Source of the DNA: Lysobacterales bacterium | GTDB lineage: Bacteria > Pseudomonadota > Gammaproteobacteria > Xanthomonadales > SZUA-5 | DNA length: 64,000 bases | Direction: 5' to 3' | Assembly: GCA_022844165.1 (NCBI GenBank) | Contig: JALHMH010000005.1 | Span: 114,339 to 178,338 of the forward strand | Shown: positions 48,638 through 57,207 of the stretch, piece after piece | Position numbering within the stretch: position 1 is the first letter of the stretch | Layout of the letters: each line of letters opens with the position of its first letter | Position numbers and translations under genes: made by a program | Notes under the pieces: generated by a model | Told to the model about the DNA's origin: nothing | Databases searched by the model: none | The model's input: the letters and a program-made list of their open reading frames with translations, nothing else

Positions 48638-51037
48638 ATGGACCTGTCTGTTGTTGAATCTCTGTTTGCGGCCCGAGGCTTTGAACCGGCCGGGTTTCAG
48701 CGCGCCTGCTGGGCTGCCTGGCGTGCTGGCGCGAGCGGCCTGGTGAATGCGCCGACCGGCAGCGGCAAGACTCTGGCACTTTGGGGCGGACCGCTCGCGT
48801 TGGCAGCAAAAACGCCGCCTGACACGCTGAAGATCCTGTGGATCACGCCACTGCGAGCCCTGGCAGGTGACACGACCGCGCATTTGCAAACAGCTCTTGA
48901 TGAAATTGGCAGCGATCTTCTGGTGGCGCGGCGAACCGGGGACAGCACCAGCGGCGAACGAGCACGCTACAGACGGCGGACACCCTTCGCGCTGGTCACT
49001 ACACCCGAGAGCCTTTCGCTACTGCTGTCGTACCAAGAAGAACAAGCTCGCCTCAGGCACCTTGATGCGGTCATTGTGGACGAATGGCATGAGCTGATGG
49101 GCAACAAACGCGGCGTGCAGTTGGAACTGTGCCTGGCGCGATTGCGGCGCCTGGCACCTGGACTCAAGATCTGGGGAAGTTCTGCGACGCTGGGCAATGT
49201 GAAGCAAGCGGCACAGGTATTGGCCGGCAACAATGCGTTGGTGATCGCCGCTGAGCAGCAAAAAGCGATTGCCGTCGAATCATTGCGCCCAGCCCGAATC
49301 GAACGTTTTCCATGGGCCGGACATCTTGGCCTCAAACAACTGCCGGGCGTGCTGGCGTCCATTCTGCGAGCGGGGAGTGCCTTGGTGTTCACCAACACGC
49401 GCTCGCAGGCCGAGCTCTGGTTTGAAGCCCTGCAGGCGGTGTGGCCACTCGAACCACAAATGCTCGCGCTGCACCATGGTTCACTCGATCGCAATGCGCG
49501 ACTGGCGGTCGAGGACGCACTGCGGCTGGGCACAGTGCGCTGCGTTGTTGCGACCTCAACCCTGGACCTGGGCGTCGACTTTCCGGCCGTGAATGCGGTC
49601 ATCCAGATTGGCAGCCCCAAGGGTGTAGGTCGCGTCATACAGCGGGCTGGGCGCAGCGGGCATCGGCCGGGCGAGATGTCCAGGATTACCTTCGTTGCAA
49701 CGCAGGCATTGGAGTTTCTGGAGATCGCTGCCGCCAGGCGCGCACTGGCCAGTAGCGAGATCGAGGCGCGAGTGCCGCGTCGCCTCTGTTTCGATGTGCT
49801 CGCCCAACACCTCGTGACCCTGGCGCTGGGTGGCGGATTTGTGCGCGATCACACACTGACCGAGATCCGCACAACACATGCGTACGCAGACCTCAGTGAG
49901 TCCTCGTTCGATCGCGTTCTGGATGTTGTTGTGCGTGGCGGCGACAAGCTTGCGCAATACCCAGACTTTCAACGGGTCGTTTGCACTGACGATCGTTTCC
50001 TGGTGCCCTCTGCCGCCATCGCGCGTCGTCACCGTTGGTCGATCGGAACCATTGTTGCGGATGGCCAGATGCAGGTTCGCTTTGTTCGCGGCGCCGTCTT
50101 GGGAATGGTCGAGGAGAGTTTCATCAGCCGCCTGAGACCCGGCGCCCGATTCTTGTTCGCCGGACGCACCCTGGAGCTCGTCCGGGTGCGCGACATGGTG
50201 GCGCAAGTCAAAGTGGCCGGTGCGCGCGGCGCGGCGGTGCCGCAATGGATGGGCGGGAAAATGCCGTTGTCGAGCCATCTCGCCAGCGGCGTGCTGGCAC
50301 TCATCGATCAACGGCCCGATGAGCCGGAAGTAACGCTCGTCGCACCGCTATTGGACATGCAGGCAGAGCGTTCCGCCCTACCCTCGCAACACCATCTATT
50401 GGTTGAAAAGCTGCGCACGCGCGATGGACATCACCTCGCCGTGTTCCCCTTCGCCGGGCGCCACGCACACGAAGGGCTTGCGCCATTGTTGGCATATCGA
50501 CTTAAAGCGATCGCCCGGAGCAGCTACAGCTACACCGTGAACGACTACGGCGTGCTGCTGTCGTCGCGCCATCGAATCGACGTGGACACCTCGATGCTGC
50601 GCCAGCTGCTGTCTCCCAAGCGCCTGATCGAAGATATCGAGGCCAGTGTAAATCTGGCGGAAATGGCGAGGCGCCAGTTTCGCGATGTGGCTCAGATCGC
50701 GGGACTGACGTTCAACGGCACGCCCGGTCAGTCGCGTCCGCTGCGGCAACTTCAGGCCTCCAGCGGACTATTGTTCGACGTGCTCGAAGAGCATGATCCC
50801 GAGCATCTGCTGTTACAGCAGGCCAGACAGGAAGTGCTCATCCATTGTCTTGATGTCGAACGCCTGGAAGCGGCGTTGCAGTGCGCTCAGCAGCGACCGA
50901 TCGTAATCACTGAACCACGGCAACCTACGCCGTTTTCGTTTCCGCTTTGGGCGGAACGTTTGCGCGGCCGCTTGAGTCACGAGGATTGGCAAACCCGGGT
51001 CCGCGCCGCCGCCGACGCGATGGAGCGGCATGGATGA
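48638..51037 (+). CDS. Ligase-associated DNA damage response DEXH helicase (Lhr-core type)
   Basis: APTGSGKT, TTPESL, DEWH, HHGSL, TLDLGVDF, QRAGRSGH and WMGGKMPLS motifs. Confidence 0.92.
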   Translation: MDLSVVESLFAARGFEPAGFQRACWAAWRAGASGLVNAPTGSGKTLALWGGPLALAAKTPPDTLKILWITPLRALAGDTTAHLQTALDEIGSDLLVARRTGDSTSGERARYRRRTPFALVTTPESLSLLLSYQEEQARLRHLDAVIVDEWHELMGNKRGVQLELCLARLRRLAPGLKIWGSSATLGNVKQAAQVLAGNNALVIAAEQQKAIAVESLRPARIERFPWAGHLGLKQLPGVLASILRAGSALVFTNTRSQAELWFEALQAVWPLEPQMLALHHGSLDRNARLAVEDALRLGTVRCVVATSTLDLGVDFPAVNAVIQIGSPKGVGRVIQRAGRSGHRPGEMSRITFVATQALEFLEIAAARRALASSEIEARVPRRLCFDVLAQHLVTLALGGGFVRDHTLTEIRTTHAYADLSESSFDRVLDVVVRGGDKLAQYPDFQRVVCTDDRFLVPSAAIARRHRWSIGTIVADGQMQVRFVRGAVLGMVEESFISRLRPGARFLFAGRTLELVRVRDMVAQVKVAGARGAAVPQWMGGKMPLSSHLASGVLALIDQRPDEPEVTLVAPLLDMQAERSALPSQHHLLVEKLRTRDGHHLAVFPFAGRHAHEGLAPLLAYRLKAIARSSYSYTVNDYGVLLSSRHRIDVDTSMLRQLLSPKRLIEDIEASVNLAEMARRQFRDVAQIAGLTFNGTPGQSRPLRQLQASSGLLFDVLEEHDPEHLLLQQARQEVLIHCLDVERLEAALQCAQQRPIVITEPRQPTPFSFPLWAERLRGRLSHEDWQTRVRAAADAMERHG

Positions 51038-51666
51038 TCACCTTCGAATGGCATGGCGAAACGCTGAGTTTGCTGCCAGATCGCGCGTTGTTGCTGCCAA
51101 ACTGCAAGACGGTCGTGATTGCCGATTGGCATTTGGGCAAGGGTCACGTTTTTCGTCGGAACGGGATACCCGTGCCACAGGGCATTACCGACCAGGACCT
51201 TGCGCGTATCGATCGAATCCTGGCGCACACCGGTGCGCGCGACCTGGCCATACTTGGCGATCTACTGCATGGACCGGTCGAAGGCAGTGCAGCATGGCTG
51301 GGAAAGTGGCGCCACTGGCGAGCAACCCATCCACGATTGCGAATTCGCGTTGCCTGCGGCAATCACGACCACCAAATCTCAGCGCTCGCCGGAGAACTCG
51401 ATGAATGCACGAACCAGCTCAACCTGGGTCGCGTGCATGGCGTACATGAGGCAAGTCGCGGGGCCGTGCCGCAGATCGCCGGCCATATTCATCCGTACCG
51501 CACGCTTCGGGCTCCTGGCATACGCGAGCGGGTGCCGGTGTTCTGGCTCAAAAAACATTCGCTGATTTTGCCCGCCTTCGGGAGATTCACTGGCGGCGAA
51601 GTGATTTCGCCGTTGCCCGACGAGCGCACATTCGCGGCACTGCCTGAAGCTGTCCTGGCGCTTTGA
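51034..51666 (+). CDS. pdeM: Ligase-associated metallophosphoesterase / endonuclease PdeM
   Basis: ADWHLGK, LGDLLH, GNHD, GHIHP and PAFGRFTGG motifs; ATGA overlap with the helicase. Confidence 0.9.
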   Translation: MITFEWHGETLSLLPDRALLLPNCKTVVIADWHLGKGHVFRRNGIPVPQGITDQDLARIDRILAHTGARDLAILGDLLHGPVEGSAAWLGKWRHWRATHPRLRIRVACGNHDHQISALAGELDECTNQLNLGRVHGVHEASRGAVPQIAGHIHPYRTLRAPGIRERVPVFWLKKHSLILPAFGRFTGGEVISPLPDERTFAALPEAVLAL

Positions 51667-51769
51667 GCGTCGCGCGATCGCAGCCTCAAGCCATCAACCA
51701 CTCGAACGGCTAAGACCAACACCCATCAACCGGCTATGATCTCGCCATCCTTACAAACGCCCGGTGCCC

Positions 51770-53134
51770 ATGGACGCCCCGATTCAAGTCCCAAACTTCG
51801 AGTTCGTCCGGGAACTGGGTCGTGGCGGTATGTCTCGCGTGTATCTCGCGCGCCAGTTACAGCCCAAGCGCGAGGTGGCGATCAAAATCGTCTCTCCGGG
51901 CAGCGCGCCGGATCCGTCGTTTCTGGCATCTCTGAAACTTGAAGGCGACACAGTCGCGAGCTTGAATCACGACAACGTCGTCACAGTGTTCGCTTGCGGC
52001 GTCATCGACGCCCACTATTACATGGCAATGGAGGTTCTGCCCGGCGGTGATCTGACCGAGCGCATTAAGAAGGGGTTGCGACCGGAAGACGCGGTAGAGG
52101 TGATGATCCAGATCGGGAATGCGCTCGAACATGCGCATAAGCGATCGATCCTGCATCGCGATATCAAACCGGAAAATGTCATGTTCCATGAGAGCGGAAA
52201 GGCGGTGCTCGTGGACTTTGGTATCGCCAAAGAGGGCGAGACGGAATCGAGCTTCACGCAAGTCGGGGCTGTCGTCGGTACGCCGCATTACATGAGCCCG
52301 GAGCGCTGCATGGGCAAAGCCACCGACCAGCGCTCCGATCTTTACGCCATGGGCGTTATGTTCTACGAAATGCTTACGGGACATAAAGTGTTCGAGGGTC
52401 GCGATACTTTCGCCGTGTCCTACGCGCACGTATATGAGCCGGTGCCGCCCTTACCTCCCGAGCACGCCCGGTTCCAGGGGGTCATCAACAAACTGCTGGC
52501 AAAGGATCCCAAAGATCGTTTCCAGAACGCCGCGGAAATGGTCGCTGCGCTGCGCAAACATCGCGCGGGCGCGCCAGGCGCCGCGGAACCGGCGACACGG
52601 CGCGTCGACACGGCGGCGATGTCGCCGCTGTCGGAAAAACTCAAGAAGTTGGCATCTGACGACGCCACAACGGCCGGCCAGCCACTGTCGCCGGACTCAG
52701 CAACCGCAGTCTCCAAGCCAATGGGGCCGGTGTCCTCGACACCGTCGCCAACCTCAGCCCCGGAGATCGGCCGCTCGTCGCGAGCGGATCTCGCGCGCAC
52801 ACCGTCGAAAGTGCCGCTGATCCTGGGTGCCGTTGCGATTGTCGGAATCATTGCCGCAGCTGCTGTCTTTTGGCCTCGCCCCGACCCGTCCGACCCTGAC
52901 CGCGACATTCCGAAGGTGATCTTGTCTCAGGAGAAGGCCATCGAAATGGCAGACAAGCTCGCAGCCGCCAATTCCTTCATGCGTGCCGGCAATATGGAAT
53001 ACGCCGCAGTCAACTTCGAAGACGTTCTGAAGAATTTTGACTGTACAAACGAAGAGGCCCAGCGAGGCTTGCGCACCACCGACCCGGGCAACGAGACACG
53101 CTACAAGGACGCTGTCGCCAAGTGCGTCAAATAG
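51770..53134 (+). CDS. Membrane-anchored Hanks-type Ser/Thr protein kinase
   Basis: LGRGGMSRVY, VAIK, HRDIKPEN, DFG and GTPHYMSPE motifs; P/S/T-rich linker, one TM, short C-terminal domain with two Cys. Confidence 0.93.
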   Translation: MDAPIQVPNFEFVRELGRGGMSRVYLARQLQPKREVAIKIVSPGSAPDPSFLASLKLEGDTVASLNHDNVVTVFACGVIDAHYYMAMEVLPGGDLTERIKKGLRPEDAVEVMIQIGNALEHAHKRSILHRDIKPENVMFHESGKAVLVDFGIAKEGETESSFTQVGAVVGTPHYMSPERCMGKATDQRSDLYAMGVMFYEMLTGHKVFEGRDTFAVSYAHVYEPVPPLPPEHARFQGVINKLLAKDPKDRFQNAAEMVAALRKHRAGAPGAAEPATRRVDTAAMSPLSEKLKKLASDDATTAGQPLSPDSATAVSKPMGPVSSTPSPTSAPEIGRSSRADLARTPSKVPLILGAVAIVGIIAAAAVFWPRPDPSDPDRDIPKVILSQEKAIEMADKLAAANSFMRAGNMEYAAVNFEDVLKNFDCTNEEAQRGLRTTDPGNETRYKDAVAKCVK

Positions 53135-53641
53135 CCGCAACTGCCAGAACCATCATTGCTGCAAGCCACAAGTGAGGCGTACCGGAAGTTTCACGCCTTT
53201 CTCGCTGGGTCTTCGGCCCCGATCCTGCGTTCCTTGTCGCCGCCATAGCGCTGCTGGTCGGGTCGGGCACAGGTGGCGCACATATCCGCAAACCCAGACC
53301 AGACATACTGCACGGCGATGACCAGATTCACGCGCCAAACCGACCCCGTCCAATAACGAACCTCTAACTCCGGCTGAACCGCGCGCAGAAATCGCGCCAT
53401 TTCGTGTCGTCACTGAAGGCGCAGTCGACTCGATTCGTGGATACTCCGCGCCCGCAAAGCATGCACATTTGCGTATCGCATGACCCCGGCAAAGGTGCCA
53501 CGTGTCGGGGACGGAAAGCACTGACTGCGCAAGTCCGTCATGCATCACCCTCGCGGGTTGCACCATTGTTTCCGGAAGATCGGCGCTGCTGAGCGTAGTT
53601 TTTTCGGGCCCTAAAAGAACCTCCATTCAAGTGACCAGAAC

Positions 53642-55771
53642 ATGGCCAGGCAGAAAGAACTCGCGCTGTATCGCAATATCGGGATCATCGCGCACATCGA
53701 CGCAGGAAAGACCACCACCACCGAGCGTGTGCTGTATTACACGGGTCGTAAACACCAGATCATCGACGTCCACGACACCAAGGACGGCAAGAGCAGCACC
53801 ACGACCGACTACCTCGAACAAGAGAAAAAGCGCGGCATCACCATCCAGAGCGCAGCGGTTTCGACCGAGTGGAAGGGTTATCACATCAACCTGATCGATA
53901 CGCCGGGCCACGTCGACTTCACTATTGAAGTGAATCGCAGTTTGCGCGTGCTCGATGGTGCGGTAGTTGTATTCGATGGCGTCGCTGGCGTTGAGCCGCA
54001 GACCGAGACCAACTGGCGTCTGGCCGACCAATACAACGTGCCGCGCTTGTGCTACGTGAACAAAATGGACCGCATCGGCGCCAACTTCGCGCACTGTGTC
54101 AAGGGCATACGCGAGCGCCTCGGCGCCAATGCGCTGCTGTGCCAGGTGCCGCTGGGCAGTCAGGATGAATTTGTCGGTATGGTCGACCTTGTCGAAGCGC
54201 AGGCCTACGTCTGGCACTCGAACGACAAAGACAGTCAATGGGAAATCGTCCCGCTGGACCAGGTACGTTCGCGCTTCAAGTTCTCCGTTGCGCTCGACGA
54301 CGCGTGGATGGACCAGTTGCCGAAGCTGCGCAACGATTTGATCGAGTCGGCGCTGGCGATGGACGACAATGCCTTCATGCATTACGTCGAAACCGGCGAA
54401 TTCGATCAGGCCAAACTCAAGGAGTGCATCCGCACGGGTGCAGTGTCCGGCAAGTTGGTCCCGGTGCTCTGCGGTTCGTCCTTCAAGAACAAGGGCGTAC
54501 AGCAGTTGCTGGACGCAGTGATTGATTATCTGCCCTACCCAGGCGAGATCGGTGGCATCTCAATGGTCGACGAGGACGGCAACGTCGTCGGCAAGCAGGA
54601 AGTGCTTGATGACGCGCCGATTCGGGCATTGGCGTTCAAGGTCATCAACGATCAGTTCGGTACTCTGACCTTCACGCGCATCTACTCGGGCATCATCAAA
54701 AAGGGCGACACCTTGATGAATGTCACGCGCGGCAAGAAAGAGCGCGTCGGCCGTATCGTCGAAGTGCAGGCGAATGCGACCAAGGACATCGACGAAGCGC
54801 GCGCTGGAGACATCGTGGCATTCGTATCGATGAAAGATACCGAGACGGGCGACTCACTGTGCGACCCGGCGCATCCGGTTCTGTTGGAGCGCATGCGCTT
54901 TCCAGATCCTGTCATCAGCGTTTCGGTTGAGGCCAAAACCCGCGACGACATCGACAAGATGTCCGCTGCGCTTTACAAGATGGCCAAGGCCGATCCGTCA
55001 CTGCGCCTGAATGTCGATCCGGAGACCGGCGAGACCGTGCTGCGCGGCATGGGCGAATTGCACCTGGAAATCACCATCGACCGCATGCGTACTGAGCTCG
55101 GCGTCGAAGCCAACATGGGCAAGCCCAAGGTCAGCTTCCGCGAAGCTTTTGGCCGTACGGTTGAGCACATCTACACGCACAAGAAGCAAACCGGCGGTTC
55201 CGGCCAGTTCGCCGAAGTGAAGATGGTGTTCGAACCAGGCGAGCCGGGCACGGGTGTGGTATTTGTCGACGAAGTTGTCGGTGGCCGTATCCCGCGCGAG
55301 TTCATTCCATCGGTGGAGTTTGCGATCAAGGCCGAGTCCAAGTCTGGCCAGATCGCCGGCTACGAAGTGCTCGATTTCAAAGCGCGCCTGATCGACGGCA
55401 AGTACCATGACGTTGACTCTTCGGCCCTGGCCTTCGAAATTGCGGGACGTCACGCTTTCCGCGAAGCGCACAAACTGAGCAAGCCGAAACTGCTCGAACC
55501 GATGATGCGCATCGAAGTCGTTACCGAGTCCGAATTCCTGGGCGACGTGATTGGCGACATGAACCGGCGTCGTGGCCAGGTCACTGACCAGGGCACCAAG
55601 GGCACTGCGGCATTCGTGCACGGCTTCGTGCCTCTGGCAGAGATGTTCGGCTACATCAACTATCTGCGTAGCGCAACGCGCGGTCGCGGCACGTTCTCGA
55701 TGGAGTTCAACAACTACGCCGAAGTGCCCGCAAGTTTGATCGATAAGCTGATGGAAAAAGAAGCCAAGTAG
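53642..55771 (+). CDS. fusA: Elongation factor G, stand-alone paralog outside the str operon
   Basis: AHIDAGKTT, RGITI, DTPGH, NKMD, GMGELHL, KKQTGGSGQ and HDVDSS motifs; 709 aa; no rpsL, rpsG or tuf nearby. Confidence 0.93.
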   Translation: MARQKELALYRNIGIIAHIDAGKTTTTERVLYYTGRKHQIIDVHDTKDGKSSTTTDYLEQEKKRGITIQSAAVSTEWKGYHINLIDTPGHVDFTIEVNRSLRVLDGAVVVFDGVAGVEPQTETNWRLADQYNVPRLCYVNKMDRIGANFAHCVKGIRERLGANALLCQVPLGSQDEFVGMVDLVEAQAYVWHSNDKDSQWEIVPLDQVRSRFKFSVALDDAWMDQLPKLRNDLIESALAMDDNAFMHYVETGEFDQAKLKECIRTGAVSGKLVPVLCGSSFKNKGVQQLLDAVIDYLPYPGEIGGISMVDEDGNVVGKQEVLDDAPIRALAFKVINDQFGTLTFTRIYSGIIKKGDTLMNVTRGKKERVGRIVEVQANATKDIDEARAGDIVAFVSMKDTETGDSLCDPAHPVLLERMRFPDPVISVSVEAKTRDDIDKMSAALYKMAKADPSLRLNVDPETGETVLRGMGELHLEITIDRMRTELGVEANMGKPKVSFREAFGRTVEHIYTHKKQTGGSGQFAEVKMVFEPGEPGTGVVFVDEVVGGRIPREFIPSVEFAIKAESKSGQIAGYEVLDFKARLIDGKYHDVDSSALAFEIAGRHAFREAHKLSKPKLLEPMMRIEVVTESEFLGDVIGDMNRRRGQVTDQGTKGTAAFVHGFVPLAEMFGYINYLRSATRGRGTFSMEFNNYAEVPASLIDKLMEKEAK

Positions 55772-55802
55772 CGCCGCACCTGCAACGCTGCACTTGGAGC
55801 CG

Positions 55803-55831
55803 AAAACGGCCGGGGCGACCCGGCCGTTTTT
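55803..55831. terminator. Bidirectional intrinsic terminator
   Basis: AAAACGGCCGGG-GCGA-CCCGGCCGTTTTT between the convergent EF-G and transporter genes. Confidence 0.85.
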
Positions 55832-55855
55832 GCGAGCAGTTGAGCGGTGTTGGCA

Positions 55856-57109
55856 TCATGCCTGCCGCTTTTCATGCTGCCGACCAATGACGTACCCGAT
55901 GATTGCTGTGCAACCGGCCACGCAGACGCCGAACAGGTACAGCCCGGTATTCGTGACGCCTGCTTGCGTCAGCAGCCGTACGCTCCACTGTGAGACCACA
56001 TCGCTGAGCCGATACACAAAAGTATCGATAAAACCTTTGCCCTTGTAGCGGATTTCGCGACTGAGCGTGGTGTAACAACTAGCCAGCGCGGTTTCGCCGA
56101 ATGCGAATCGAATACCGCGACTCAGCACTTGGAAGACGGCGATCAAAATCACCGCCGGAGAAGTCAGCAAGATGGCGAAACCGCCCATCAACATCAGCGG
56201 CATCAACGTCAGAATGCGCGCGGTACCGATATTCAAGAATAGCCAGCGCGCGACGAAAATCTCCAAGAGCAACGCCAACAAGTTCGTGAGCAAATCGATT
56301 TGTGCAAAGTAAGCAGCGCGCTCGCCGTCGCTGGCAAATAGTTCGCGAACCGCAAAGGCCTGCTGTGTGTACAGAATGCCGCCGCCAACGCCGCTCAAGA
56401 TCATAAACAGCGCCAACCAACGCAGCGGGAGCCTGGTCACGACCAGCCTGAACGCGGCAAAGCTGGTCCCGCCGATCAGCGCGTCCATCTCAGCCGCATC
56501 GCTCCTCTGACTCGCGGCGGCGGCGTGGCGGCCAAGCAGCGCCGCGCAAATGGTAGCCATCAATAGAAAAACGAACGACAGTGCGAAGATGCCATCGATA
56601 TCGATACGATCCGCGAGCAACATCGTGAGCAGTGCGCCAAACAGTCCGCCCGTCGATCCACCGGCGGCGATGAACCCGAACATTCGTTTGGCTTGATCAC
56701 TGGAGAAAATATCGGTCATGTAGCTCCAGAAGACCGATACGGTGAAAAGATTGGCTATCGACAACCAAACATAAAACACCGGCGCCATGGCGTCGCGCGC
56801 CGATTCGATCTGCCACGTGAAGAAGAAAGCGATGATGAAGACCAGGAAGAACACGTACACCAAAGGCACAAACACGCGCCGCGCGAAGCGCGCGACCAAT
56901 GCCCCGTAAAGCGGCTGCGCGATCACCATGCAAACGAAGATCGTCGTGTATAGCCAGGAGTAATTCTCGGGCCCATGGCGAACACCCATCGCCTCGCGGA
57001 CCGAGCGCAGCATGTAATAGCTGGTCAGCAACCCGAAGAAGTACAGGAATGCGATGGCGAGAGCGGCTCGCTCGTGGCGGTCGATGGCGAAAAGATCGCG
57101 AAAGGACAT
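55856..57109 (-). CDS. MFS-fold transporter (NTT/TLC nucleotide transporter-like)
   Basis: YYMLRSVRE, VSVFWSYMTDIFS, AKRMFGFIAAGGSTG and YKGKGFIDTFVYR motifs; about 12 TM segments. Confidence 0.82.
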   Translation of the reverse strand: MSFRDLFAIDRHERAALAIAFLYFFGLLTSYYMLRSVREAMGVRHGPENYSWLYTTIFVCMVIAQPLYGALVARFARRVFVPLVYVFFLVFIIAFFFTWQIESARDAMAPVFYVWLSIANLFTVSVFWSYMTDIFSSDQAKRMFGFIAAGGSTGGLFGALLTMLLADRIDIDGIFALSFVFLLMATICAALLGRHAAAASQRSDAAEMDALIGGTSFAAFRLVVTRLPLRWLALFMILSGVGGGILYTQQAFAVRELFASDGERAAYFAQIDLLTNLLALLLEIFVARWLFLNIGTARILTLMPLMLMGGFAILLTSPAVILIAVFQVLSRGIRFAFGETALASCYTTLSREIRYKGKGFIDTFVYRLSDVVSQWSVRLLTQAGVTNTGLYLFGVCVAGCTAIIGYVIGRQHEKRQA

Positions 57110-57207
57110 TCGGCTCGCGGCCAAGGCGGACAGCTTCTATCCTGCCCTAAATTGCACCAGGGCGTCATCCGTCTCGATGCAAAACTTGCGTGCGCTAACC
57201 CTCGCGC

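Noticed and set aside
53484-53545. c-di-GMP-I / cGAMP (GEMM) riboswitch suggested by GGCAAA...GGGACGGAAAGC
   Set aside because: The segment between GGCAAA and GGGAC does not form the required CC..GNRA..GG stem, and no tetraloop receptor is evident; kept only as a generic structured leader pending an Rfam search
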